Part shown: piece by piece, positions 37,727-47,076 of the stretch
Layout: each line of letters begins with the position of its first letter
Position numbering within the stretch: position 1 is the stretch's first letter
The notes under the pieces: model-generated
What the model was told of the DNA's origin: nothing
The model's database searches: none
The model's input: the letters and a program-made list of their open reading frames with translations, nothing else
NCBI GenBank assembly: GCA_965199495.1
Contig: CBDASK010000003.1
Span: 1,056,001-1,120,000, forward strand
Length of the DNA: 64,000 nt
Direction: 5' to 3'
Origin: Abditibacterium sp.
GTDB lineage: Bacteria; Armatimonadota; Abditibacteriia; Abditibacteriales; Abditibacteriaceae
Position numbers and translations under genes: made by a program

Positions 37727-38105
37727 AGTTCTCCTTTTCAGGGTCGAAGCGGATATGAAGCGCGAATTGGACTTTGTGAAAAGAGAGGCACTCCAAAATC
37801 TTACCGTGCGCGTAATCCTCAATTTTGAGTTTGATATAGGTCTCTTGCTTTTCGATGGTGCCACCAAATATCCACAAAAAAGTTCCGCCCCTACCCCAAT
37901 CTTCTTCCGGCCCGGAACAATAGTTGTTGAGCGTCAATCGCCCGACGACTTCCCAGGCTTGCTCGACGGTAATTTCTAATTCTTCAATCCATCGCACATT
38001 CTCCTCGCGCGGCACCAAGACAACCTGAGCATTCGTAATTAAATCGCGCGCTTCACACAAAAATTCTTCGGCACCCGTTTCGGCTTCGCTTTTGTTTGTC
38101 GGCAT
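37689..38105 (-). CDS. MqsR-like toxin (putative mRNA interferase)
   Basis: YCSGPEED, LWIFG, YIKLKI and CLSFH motifs; overlaps the antitoxin start. Confidence 0.75.
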   Translation of the reverse strand: MPTNKSEAETGAEEFLCEARDLITNAQVVLVPREENVRWIEELEITVEQAWEVVGRLTLNNYCSGPEEDWGRGGTFLWIFGGTIEKQETYIKLKIEDYAHGKILECLSFHKVQFALHIRFDPEKENYAIPTILLLRNV

Positions 38106-38267
38106 AATTTGAAGTTGAGTGGCCCGTTGCCAATTATAAAAGCACCATCTTATGATAGCACAATCCTGAGACAAGTGCCATTTCTTCCTTTATTATCGGC
38201 TTTTCGCAAATTAATTTTTCTGTTCTCCGCATCTCCGCGCGAAATTAACCCGCTAAACTAAAATTCA

Positions 38268-39491
38268 ATGCAGTTGCGTTTTCTCACGGCGGGCGAAAGT
38301 CACGGCCCCGCGCTGACCTCTATTATCGAAGGTATGCCATCGGGCGTGCCGCTTTTAGCCGAACAAATTGACGTACATCTGGCGCGCCGCCAATCCGGTT
38401 ACGGGCGCGGCGGGCGCATGAAAATAGAAACCGACCGCGTCACTTTTTCCAGCGGCGTGCGTCACGGATTCACGATGGGCGGCCCGATTACTCTCACGGT
38501 GCCCAACCGAGATTTCGAGTCGTGGGGCGACGTAATGAAAGCCGAACCAGTGCCGCCTTACGCGCACGATTCGGTCAAGACGCGCCCGATTCAGGTGCCG
38601 CGTCCGGGGCATGTGGATTACGCGGGCGGCATCAAATATCACACGACCGACGATATGCGTCCGATTCTCGAACGCGCGTCGGCCCGCGAAACCACGATGC
38701 GCGTGGCTGTTGGTTCTGTCGCGCGCCGAATTTTGGAAGAATGCGGGATTACCATCGGTTCGCACGTCGTCGAAATCGGCGGCGTCAAAGCCAATTGCGA
38801 CGAAATTCCGCGCGCGCGCGATTTGAATGAAAAGGCCGACGCTTCGGAAGTGCGCGTGATTAACCGCGATTCGGAAGCGCAAATGATTCAAGTCATTGAC
38901 GAGGCGCGCGAAAATCGCGACACAGTTGGTGGCGTTTTTGAAGTTGTGGCCGACGGTTTACCGGTCGGTCTGGGCAGCCACGTCCACTGGGATCGCAAAC
39001 TCGACGGGCGTTTGGCGGGCGCGTTGATGAGCATTCACGCGATGAAGGGCGTCGAAATCGGCCTGGGATTTGAAGCGGCGCGGCGGCGCGGTTCGGAGGT
39101 TCACGATCCGTTTACTTTCGCCGAATTGTTGGACGAAAACGAGGGCAATCTGCTGAAACGCACGCGCAACAACGCGGGCGGATTAGAAGGCGGCGTCACC
39201 AACGGCGAACCTTTAGTTTGCCGCGTGGCAATGAAGCCGATTTCGACGTTGATGAAAGCGTTGCCCAGCGTCAACGTGGCGACGGGCGAAGCAACGGCGG
39301 CGCACGTCGAGCGCAGCGATTATTGTGCGGTTCCGGCGGCGGGCGTCGTCGGCGAAGCGATGGTCGCGATTGTTTTGGCCGAAGCGCTACTGGAAAAATT
39401 CGGCGGCGACTCGATGGAAGAAATCCGTGATAGCGTGGCGCGTCATCGTAAATATACGCGCGACATCGCGAATAAATGGGCGGCGAAATAG
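38268..39491 (+). CDS. aroC: Chorismate synthase
   Basis: LTAGESHG, PRPGH, ERASARET, NNAGGLEGG, MKPIST, ERSD. Confidence 0.97.
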   Translation: MQLRFLTAGESHGPALTSIIEGMPSGVPLLAEQIDVHLARRQSGYGRGGRMKIETDRVTFSSGVRHGFTMGGPITLTVPNRDFESWGDVMKAEPVPPYAHDSVKTRPIQVPRPGHVDYAGGIKYHTTDDMRPILERASARETTMRVAVGSVARRILEECGITIGSHVVEIGGVKANCDEIPRARDLNEKADASEVRVINRDSEAQMIQVIDEARENRDTVGGVFEVVADGLPVGLGSHVHWDRKLDGRLAGALMSIHAMKGVEIGLGFEAARRRGSEVHDPFTFAELLDENEGNLLKRTRNNAGGLEGGVTNGEPLVCRVAMKPISTLMKALPSVNVATGEATAAHVERSDYCAVPAAGVVGEAMVAIVLAEALLEKFGGDSMEEIRDSVARHRKYTRDIANKWAAK

Positions 39492-39504
39492 GGTTTTAGA
39501 ACTC

Positions 39505-39599
39505 GGTTTGGAGTAGGCACGTAAGTGCCTGAAATTGTGGGATCATCTCAGATTGGAGGCGAGTCCTATTTTTAGGCACTTACGTGCCTACTCCAAACC
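39505..39599. repeat. GTAG-containing REPIN-like inverted repeat
   Basis: GGTTTGGAGTAGGCACGTAAGTGCCT / AGGCACTTACGTGCCTACTCCAAACC. Confidence 0.85.
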
Positions 39600-39640
39600 T
39601 TATTCCTGAAAAACTGACAACCGTAAAAGGATTTATAACA

Positions 39641-40132
39641 ATGGTGCGAATGACGATTGAAGGCGTAGGCTTTGACCAGATGCGACAAACCGTTGTCGTG
39701 CTCAAAGATTGGGAAGACAAAAAACTGTTGCCGATCTGGATCGGTCCCGCCGAGGCGCGCGCGATTCAGGTCGAACTCGAAGGCAACCAATCGCCGCGCC
39801 CTCTGACGCACGATTTGCTGGTGTCGGCCATCGCCAGTCTGCGCGGGCGCATCACGCGTATCGTGATTAACGATCTCATCGAAGGCACGTTTTACGCGAC
39901 GATTGACATTGACACGCCGCGCGGCATGAGACATATTGACGCGCGGCCCTCCGATGCCATCGCCGTGGCTGTTCGCGTCAAGTGCCCACTTTTCGTGGAT
40001 GGCAGCGCGATTGACGCGCTGATTGATGCCGACGAACTGGGTAGCGTGCCCGATGTCGAAAACGAATTGGATGAACCCACCGAAACCGACGAGGAATTGG
40101 AACGGTTTCGCCGTTTGTTGGACGAAAATTAA
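39641..40132 (+). CDS. Bifunctional nuclease family protein (DUF151)
   Basis: LPIWIG..EA, RPLTHDL, IDARPSDAIA. Confidence 0.93.
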   Translation: MVRMTIEGVGFDQMRQTVVVLKDWEDKKLLPIWIGPAEARAIQVELEGNQSPRPLTHDLLVSAIASLRGRITRIVINDLIEGTFYATIDIDTPRGMRHIDARPSDAIAVAVRVKCPLFVDGSAIDALIDADELGSVPDVENELDEPTETDEELERFRRLLDEN

Positions 40133-43100
40133 TACTGCGCGTCCAGCCCCAAGCGCGCGCGTTGCGCGGCGGTCGAAAGCGCGATGACGGCGATGTCGAA
40201 CTGCGACATTTCGCGGCCATAATTTTGGGTTTGAATCGCGTCGGCGGCAGTCTGCATTTCCGCCGCGCGTCCGGCGTCTACGGCGGCCATGCCTTTGATT
40301 AAATTGGAAAGCTGACTATAATCCGAGAAACCTCCATCGTCTTTGTTGATGCGGGCGGCGGGCAAGCGCCAATCCCATTCGCGCTCGACTAAAACGCGGC
40401 TTTGCGCGGCATCGTAGGGCGCATGATAATACGCCCACATTCCAATTGAATGCGGCGAAAACGACGTGTTTTCGCGTTTGGGCAACGCTTTTTTCTTGGC
40501 GTCGGCGAACAATTCGTCGCCCAACTTTGGATTGACCAGCGCGCCAATGGCGGCGGCTTGCGCGAAGTATTCGACGTTGCCGATATTGGCTTTCATCACC
40601 AAGCGCAACGCTTTTTCGGCGACATCGGCGTTGCCCGCGCTTTGCGCGCCGCTCGCGACTTGAAGCATCGCGCGCGCCTGGGTGAACTCGTCTTTGATTT
40701 GCCCGGCCAACTCCAACGCCCCACTCGGATCGGTCGGCGCGAGGGTGCGCGCCAGAGCTTGCCGCACGTAATCCAGACGGCGCGGCGAAGTTTCCCAGTT
40801 GTTCGGGCTGTCGCCCTTGATAATTTCGGGGTCACGCGCCAACGTTTCCAAGCGGACTAAGGCCGCGCGCGCGCCGGTAAAATCGCCCGCGCCCGCCATT
40901 TCGGGCGCGACATCCGCCCACAACTTGAACTCGTCGGTGACGGCCCGTCCCTCGGCCATGTTCTTGACGGCATCCAATCCCAAAGCCGCCAACGGTTTGG
41001 CCCAGCCTTGCGTTTGGCCGCGCGCGCCGCCGCCCAACTGAGCAGCCACGGCGGCGCCATAATCGAGCCACTGCGCGCTATCTTCGCGCTTCAACTTCTG
41101 CGCGACCGCCGCCATTTGTAACAGTTGCGTCACGCTACGCGCGTTGATTTCGTGCTTGGCCTGCTTTTGCTCGTCCAACCATGCGTTGGCGTCGGTGCGC
41201 TGTCCCGCATCGTCCCCTGCCGCGCGCAAAAGATTGGTTTGCGCCTCCAAATCCTCGCGCGCTTCGTCGGTGGACTTGCCCAATAATTCGGGCGCGCGTT
41301 GGAGCAATTGCGCCGGATCGCGGCGCGCCAGTTCGGCACCGAACATCACCATAACTTCGGGCGACGGTTCGCCGTTGCGCCGGATATATTTCTCGATGTT
41401 TTCAGCGCCCAATACGTCCCAGGCGCCAAATAATCTGTCGGTTGGGACGCTGCCTTTGAACGTCAACAATTGCTCCAGCGCCCGCGCTTTGTCGGCATCC
41501 GAAGCGATGGCGGTGGGTGAATTTTGCAGTTGCAACGTCAAACCGGTTTGGTCGCTCCCCGCGCTTTGTTTCGTCCAATCGCTGCCGCGCGCGGCCAATA
41601 GAGTGAATTTGTCCAATGGCACGTCGGCCAAACTGAAAGTGCCGTCGGCGCCGGTTTGGATAGGCTCGAAATCGCGCGCCTCGACGATGGCGACCCACGC
41701 GCCGGGCGCGGGCTTACCATCGGCGCCGTTGACGCGCCCGGCGAAAATGGCGCCGCGTTTTTTGGCGACTAAACCCGAAATCGTGGCGATGCTATCGGCG
41801 ACTTTCACTTCGGCTTTGCCGCTGATTAGATAAGCCGGATTCTCGGCGCTTTCGATTTGGACGCCGACGACGCGCCCGTTTCTGGCGTTCACGTCCAAGA
41901 CAAACGCGCCCTCTTTGTCGGTCGTGGCCGTCGCGTTGAAATAGGAACCGCCGCCTTCAAACATTAGGCGCGCCTTGACCGTGACGCCAGAGACGCCCTG
42001 ATTCTGCGCGTCCAAAACGCGCCCGCGCGCGCTTTTGATGGCGGGCAAAACCGGCGTCAAACGCTTGACGACGACTTCGATGGGCTTGAACTCCTTACCG
42101 AATTCGGGCAACATCACGTTGCGCGGCGAAACGATTTGCCAATCTTGGCCCGAACTATTGATATTGACATTATAAGAACCGGCGCCCAGCACTTTCGAGG
42201 CGAAGTTGCCGTTCGCGTCCACGCTGACAAAATCATAATTGCCGTTGCGCGAAAAGCTCAAGCCCGGCGCGCGCACATCCGCCGTGGCTGCATCAGCGCC
42301 CTCGATGCGCACCGAACCCGTGATGGCGTTGCCGCGCTCCAACGCGATGGTGCCCAAATCGAGCGTTTCGTCTTTGGTATCGAAGAGCGCGGGCGGAAAA
42401 TCGTGGTCAACGTAATTCGCGTTGGCGATTTTGGGCCGGTCGAATCCACTGATGCGCGCCTGCGACAAAATCCGCGCGCGCAGTTCGCCGTCCTCGCTCG
42501 TGGTGCTGTCCACATCGCCATATCCGATGCGGAAACGCGCGTCGGGCAGGGGTAATTTAGTATCGGCGCCGATCACGCGCGCCTTAATCAGCAGACCGCG
42601 TTGCGCCTTGATTTCGCCAACATCGGCTGTTTTGCCGACTTCGACCTGCGCGCGCGCTTTGTTATCGAACAGGTATTGCGGCAACTCCTTTTTCTTGCTG
42701 CGCTCAAACAACATTTCGCCCATGTAAAGAATGCTGCGTCCCGGCGCCACACCATTGAGCGTGAAGCGCCCCGCCGCATCGGTCTTCGTCTGGACATCGG
42801 AACCGAAACCAGCGCGCACCGTTTCGCCCTCAATCGGTTTGCCGTCGGGATCGAGCACAACGCCGGTCACGGTGCCGCCGGGCTTGAGGTAAATCGGCGT
42901 GGCGTCGCCTTCGCCAATCGAAAGCGACACGCGCTGGCTGACGTAATTCGGCGCGCTCACCGTCACATCGGCGCGCCCCTGCGTCGGCACGCCCGCGAAA
43001 GTCCAACGTCCGTTGGCATCGGTCGTGGCGACGTTGTCTTTGACCGAAATAAACGCGCCCAACAGTTCGTCATCGGCAGCTTTGGGTTCTTCGAGCGCTG

Positions 43101-43518
43101 GGCTGACGTTGCCCAGCGTGACTTTGGCGCCCGCGAGCGGCTTTTGGTTTTCATCGAAAACAACGCCGCTCCAAGCGCGCGTCGCGCGCAATTGAATCGT
43201 GGTCTGGCCTTTTTGGATGACCTGAAACTGCGGCGCCAAACCCGGCGCTTCGACGCGCACGCGCAAAAACGGCTTTTGACCGAGGGGCCGTTTGTCGGCG
43301 AAATCGCCGTCCCAATCCCATGTAAAAACACCAGCCACGCCGGTCTGCTCGGTCGCGGCGGGCATCTCGTCATAAATAAAAGTCGTCTCGAACGAGCTGA
43401 GTTTGGCGCCCGGCAACGGCTTGTTATCGGGGCCGACGATTTTCACCGTAACGGGCACGGCAAAAGCGGGAGTAACGGCGCAGGCGAGCGCGAGACAAAG
43501 CAAAAAGGTGAGTTTCAT
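40129..43518 (-). CDS. Large secreted protein with carboxypeptidase-regulatory-like repeats and a helical C-terminus
   Basis: Signal peptide; repeated GxVxDxxGKPxxGAxV...TDxxGRF units. Confidence 0.85.
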   Translation of the reverse strand: MKLTFLLCLALACAVTPAFAVPVTVKIVGPDNKPLPGAKLSSFETTFIYDEMPAATEQTGVAGVFTWDWDGDFADKRPLGQKPFLRVRVEAPGLAPQFQVIQKGQTTIQLRATRAWSGVVFDENQKPLAGAKVTLGNVSPALEEPKAADDELLGAFISVKDNVATTDANGRWTFAGVPTQGRADVTVSAPNYVSQRVSLSIGEGDATPIYLKPGGTVTGVVLDPDGKPIEGETVRAGFGSDVQTKTDAAGRFTLNGVAPGRSILYMGEMLFERSKKKELPQYLFDNKARAQVEVGKTADVGEIKAQRGLLIKARVIGADTKLPLPDARFRIGYGDVDSTTSEDGELRARILSQARISGFDRPKIANANYVDHDFPPALFDTKDETLDLGTIALERGNAITGSVRIEGADAATADVRAPGLSFSRNGNYDFVSVDANGNFASKVLGAGSYNVNINSSGQDWQIVSPRNVMLPEFGKEFKPIEVVVKRLTPVLPAIKSARGRVLDAQNQGVSGVTVKARLMFEGGGSYFNATATTDKEGAFVLDVNARNGRVVGVQIESAENPAYLISGKAEVKVADSIATISGLVAKKRGAIFAGRVNGADGKPAPGAWVAIVEARDFEPIQTGADGTFSLADVPLDKFTLLAARGSDWTKQSAGSDQTGLTLQLQNSPTAIASDADKARALEQLLTFKGSVPTDRLFGAWDVLGAENIEKYIRRNGEPSPEVMVMFGAELARRDPAQLLQRAPELLGKSTDEAREDLEAQTNLLRAAGDDAGQRTDANAWLDEQKQAKHEINARSVTQLLQMAAVAQKLKREDSAQWLDYGAAVAAQLGGGARGQTQGWAKPLAALGLDAVKNMAEGRAVTDEFKLWADVAPEMAGAGDFTGARAALVRLETLARDPEIIKGDSPNNWETSPRRLDYVRQALARTLAPTDPSGALELAGQIKDEFTQARAMLQVASGAQSAGNADVAEKALRLVMKANIGNVEYFAQAAAIGALVNPKLGDELFADAKKKALPKRENTSFSPHSIGMWAYYHAPYDAAQSRVLVEREWDWRLPAARINKDDGGFSDYSQLSNLIKGMAAVDAGRAAEMQTAADAIQTQNYGREMSQFDIAVIALSTAAQRARLGLDAQY

Positions 43519-43611
43519 AGGCGAATAACTGGGATTAGAAAACGTGCCCAGTTTATCTTTTTGGACAGCACGAAACTAATTTTTCGCCACGGGGAGAATT
43601 GCGCGCAATTC

Positions 43612-43914
43612 TCAATGTTTTTTGCGCGTCGCCAGATATTTTTGCAACTCTTGCAGCGAGCCGGGCGCGGCGGTGACTTCGCCAGCTTTGGGGTTCGGGT
43701 TCTTTTTGTAGGCGCACGCGATACAAAACGGCACCAGCTTTTTGTTTTGCTTCATGGCGCGCTGGCCCGATAGCGAAATCCAGATCGAGGATTTGCATTC
43801 GCGACATTTGTCCCAGATGCTGCCCTTCAAAACATCGGGCGCATCTTCGGTGCGTGCGCAGATCAGAATGTCCATTTCTTCGTTATCTTTCGGCGATTTT
43901 TGTTTTTTGTCCAT
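43612..43914 (-). CDS. Small hypothetical protein with two CxxC motifs
   Basis: CREC...CIAC; 100 aa. Confidence 0.6.
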   Translation of the reverse strand: MDKKQKSPKDNEEMDILICARTEDAPDVLKGSIWDKCRECKSSIWISLSGQRAMKQNKKLVPFCIACAYKKNPNPKAGEVTAAPGSLQELQKYLATRKKH

Positions 43915-44053
43915 TGTTTGTCCTCGATTCTCGCAGCAGTTTATTCGCGAAACCGCCGCCGTGGCTGCTTGTGGGCACCGTTTTATTCAGAAAATGGCGT
44001 GCGAAGTTTGATAACCTTATCTGGCATCCATTTCCCGGAGAAACCTAAATATT

Positions 44054-45232
44054 ATGGCCAAGAAAAAAGCGGGCATCGCCCTCATCGGATACGCCTTTAT
44101 GGGCAAAACGCACTCGAACGCGTATCGTCAAGTCACCAAGTTTTTCGATCCCGATGTCGAACCCGAAATGAAAGTTTTAGTCGGTCGCAACGAAGAAAAC
44201 GTCCAACGCGCCGCCCAAAACTTGGGCTGGCAGGAATACGAAACCGATTGGCGTAAAGCGATTGAACGCCCCGACATCGACATCGTGGACATCGCCACGC
44301 CCGGCAAAGAGCATATGCCGATGGCCATCGCCGCCGCGCAGGCCGGAAAAACCGTGTTTTGCGAGAAACCACTGGGCAACGATTTCGAGCAAGCCCAACA
44401 AATGATGGACGCCGCCGAGCAAGCAAAAGTCGTCAATATGGTTTGCTTCAACTATCGCCGCGTCCCAGCGATTGCTCTGGCCAAACGCATGATCGAAAAC
44501 GGTGATTTGGGCCGCATCTACCATTTCCGCGCGCGCTATCTGCAAGACTGGATCGCCGACCCGAATTTTCCCCTCGTGTGGCGTTTGCAAAAAGAGATCG
44601 CCGGAAGCGGCACGCTGGGCGACATCGGCGCACATATTCTCGATTTATCCACGTTTTTAGTCGGCCCACTCAGTTCACTTTGCGGCATGACCGAAACCTT
44701 CGTCAAAGAACGCCCCTTGCAAGCAGCCACGACGGGCGACGAAGGTTTAACCGCCAAAGCCAGTCAAGAAATGGGCGAAGTGACCGTTGACGACGCGGCG
44801 GCGTTTATGACGCGTTTCCAAAACGGCGCGATGGGCGTTTTCGAGGCGACGCGCTTCGCGCCCGGTCGCCGCAACTTCAACACCTTCGAGATCAACGGCG
44901 AAAAAGGCTCGATTTCGTTCAACTTTGAAAGAATGAACGAACTCGAATATTTCAACACCGCCGACCCAACCGACCGCCAGGGTTTTCGCACTATCAACGT
45001 CAACGAAAACGATCAGCCCTACGCCGGAACGTATTGGCCCGCCGGTCATATTATCGGCTACGAGCATACCTTCATCAACACGGTTTACGATCTGTTGCAG
45101 GGCCACGCGAAAGGCGAATCGCCGCATCCGACGTTTCGCGATGGCGCCTATAATAATCTGGTTTTGGGCACGATTGAGAAATCGGAAGCCTCGAAAAAGT
45201 GGGAAGAGATTCCCGATTTCCAGTTGTCGTAA
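44054..45232 (+). CDS. Gfo/Idh/MocA family oxidoreductase
   Basis: IGYAFMG, CEKP, FNYRR, DIGAH. Confidence 0.93.
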   Translation: MAKKKAGIALIGYAFMGKTHSNAYRQVTKFFDPDVEPEMKVLVGRNEENVQRAAQNLGWQEYETDWRKAIERPDIDIVDIATPGKEHMPMAIAAAQAGKTVFCEKPLGNDFEQAQQMMDAAEQAKVVNMVCFNYRRVPAIALAKRMIENGDLGRIYHFRARYLQDWIADPNFPLVWRLQKEIAGSGTLGDIGAHILDLSTFLVGPLSSLCGMTETFVKERPLQAATTGDEGLTAKASQEMGEVTVDDAAAFMTRFQNGAMGVFEATRFAPGRRNFNTFEINGEKGSISFNFERMNELEYFNTADPTDRQGFRTINVNENDQPYAGTYWPAGHIIGYEHTFINTVYDLLQGHAKGESPHPTFRDGAYNNLVLGTIEKSEASKKWEEIPDFQLS

Positions 45233-45243
45233 CGCGAACAACC

Positions 45244-45278
45244 GCCCCGCGATTTTACTGCGGGGCAGTTTTGTTTTG
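45244..45278 (+). terminator. Intrinsic terminator
   Basis: GCCCCGC-N9-GCGGGGC followed by a T-rich tract. Confidence 0.7.
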
Positions 45279-45307
45279 CGAGTTCAATTATTTAACTTAT
45301 TTGCGCC

Positions 45308-45682
45308 ATGACACAACAAAAACTGGAGGCGCAATGGGACGAATTGGCCCATCTGAGTCTGTGGGAGCATCTTCGGCGCGACCGTTCTTTCTATCTCCTT
45401 CATATCGGAGCTTTTCTATTCTTTGTTGCGCTCTGGCTCGCGACCAGAAGCTCTTTTTACGTGGGCATGGCCGTTTTCGGCATCGGGCCGATTTCCCGAT
45501 TATTGTTCACCATCTTCTACCGCTGGTTCTGGAAATTGAAGCAGGGACGGAAGCTAATGATTTCTCTCAGCCAGGGTTTAACGCCTTCGATGGTTGGACT
45601 CATCATGCTGGCTGTGGTGATTTCCGTTGTCTTGCTCTTCACCGTCGGCGTGAATTTAGTGGTCAAGAGTGGCAAAATTTGA
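45308..45682 (+). CDS. Hypothetical membrane protein
   Basis: 124 aa, about 3 TM helices. Confidence 0.65.
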   Translation: MTQQKLEAQWDELAHLSLWEHLRRDRSFYLLHIGAFLFFVALWLATRSSFYVGMAVFGIGPISRLLFTIFYRWFWKLKQGRKLMISLSQGLTPSMVGLIMLAVVISVVLLFTVGVNLVVKSGKI

Positions 45683-45769
45683 ATGTTTGCCACTGCGCAA
45701 TCAATATTGTGGGCGACCCGAATTCGCAACAGACTCTATTTCATATTGATGAGCGTTAAACTCAATCGC

Positions 45770-46006
45770 ATGAACCCATTCAACGCCGCCGCAATGCCAA
45801 CTTCTGCCATCGAATCTTCGCCCGACGTTTTGGGTGGCACGCCCGTTTTCGCCGGAACGCGCGTGCCCATCGCTAACTTAACCGATTACCTCGAAGCGGG
45901 TGATAGTCTGGATGAGTTCTTGTCCGATTTTCCTTCGGTGACGCGCGAGCAGGCGATTGCTGTTTTAGAGCGGGCAAAAGAGGCCTTGTTTGCAACTTTC
46001 AATTGA
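45770..46006 (+). CDS. DUF433 family antitoxin
   Basis: PDVLGGTPVFAGTRVPI...FLSDFPSV. Confidence 0.9.
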   Translation: MNPFNAAAMPTSAIESSPDVLGGTPVFAGTRVPIANLTDYLEAGDSLDEFLSDFPSVTREQAIAVLERAKEALFATFN

Positions 46007-46346
46007 CCTTCCGCGCGTGCTGTTGGACGAATGTTTGCCGCGCAAACTCAAATGGGAATTCGCAGATTGCACGGTCTCGACAGTGCCTGAAATGGGTTGG
46101 TCGGGCACCAAAAACGGCGCATTGATGAAGTTGGCGCAGGGACAATTCGAGATTTTCGTGACCGCCGATCAGAATCTGAAATTTCAGCAGAATTTAGCTT
46201 ATGCCGAAATCGCGGTCATCGTTTTGGTGGCGCCAAACAATCGTATCGAAAGCCTGTTGCCGTTAATGGCGCAAGTCAACGCGCTTTTAGGTTCAATTGC
46301 GGCAGGTCAAGTCGTGGAAGTTGAAGCGGCTGGCGAAACCGCTTAG
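45990..46346 (+). CDS. DUF5615 PIN-like toxin
   Basis: VLLDECLP, GTKNGAL, FVTADQNL; overlaps the DUF433 gene. Confidence 0.88.
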   Translation: MQLSIDLPRVLLDECLPRKLKWEFADCTVSTVPEMGWSGTKNGALMKLAQGQFEIFVTADQNLKFQQNLAYAEIAVIVLVAPNNRIESLLPLMAQVNALLGSIAAGQVVEVEAAGETA

Positions 46347-46512
46347 GCGAGATGCCTCATCTCATTCGGTGCGCTCGCCCGATGCAGCCACGGCGCATTG
46401 GATGGCGCCTCTCATTTCATTTGTAAAATCGTTGTGCGCGGGCGCGTGGCTGGTCTACCGTATCGCTGCGGAAATAGTAAGATTAATTGAAGGAGTGTCG
46501 CGGGAATAAACA

Positions 46513-47019
46513 ATGATGCCAAATGAACAAGATTTTATTGGTGGAGACGGCGGCCCAATGATTGTATTGCAATTCAAGGCTACGGCGCAGTGGCAAGGCG
46601 CGGGCGCGACGAAAGAAGACTTCGAGAATAGTTTGATGATGGGTGGATATATCGAAACAGATTATGACGTGATTTGTAACAGCACAGAGCGCGTCATATC
46701 TCGCTACGAACGAGATATGTTGGTTTTGGAAGATAGCGGATGGGGCGCCTTTCTCTTTGTCAACGAGACCGGACAAATTGTTGTCGCCCAATTATTTAGC
46801 GGCGATTTGTCAGAGCATTTGGAGCAGATGAATCAAATGGAGCCGTCAAGCTCTTATTCCTTCGATGTCAAAGATACGAACTTACGACTCTTAGTTGGCG
46901 CCGAGGATGGCACCGGAGAGATTTATGGCTTCAAAGATGTGCCCATCAAACCGGGCCAGAAGCGATGCGATATTTACTCTAACGCCGACTTCTTCATTGC
47001 AACAATCGCTCAAAATTAA
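46513..47019 (+). CDS. Imm21-like immunity protein
   Basis: GDGGPMIVL...WQG...DYDVIC resembles the Imm21 signature as recalled. Confidence 0.55.
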   Translation: MMPNEQDFIGGDGGPMIVLQFKATAQWQGAGATKEDFENSLMMGGYIETDYDVICNSTERVISRYERDMLVLEDSGWGAFLFVNETGQIVVAQLFSGDLSEHLEQMNQMEPSSSYSFDVKDTNLRLLVGAEDGTGEIYGFKDVPIKPGQKRCDIYSNADFFIATIAQN

Positions 47020-47035
47020 CGTTGCCGTGAAACAC

Positions 47036-47073
47036 AAAAGCGCCCCGCGAATTCACATTCGCGAGGCGCTTTT
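47036..47073. terminator. Bidirectional terminator after gltB and the Imm21-like gene
   Basis: AAAAGCGCCCCGCGAA...TTCGCGAGGCGCTTTT. Confidence 0.75.
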
Positions 47074-47076
47074 CAT

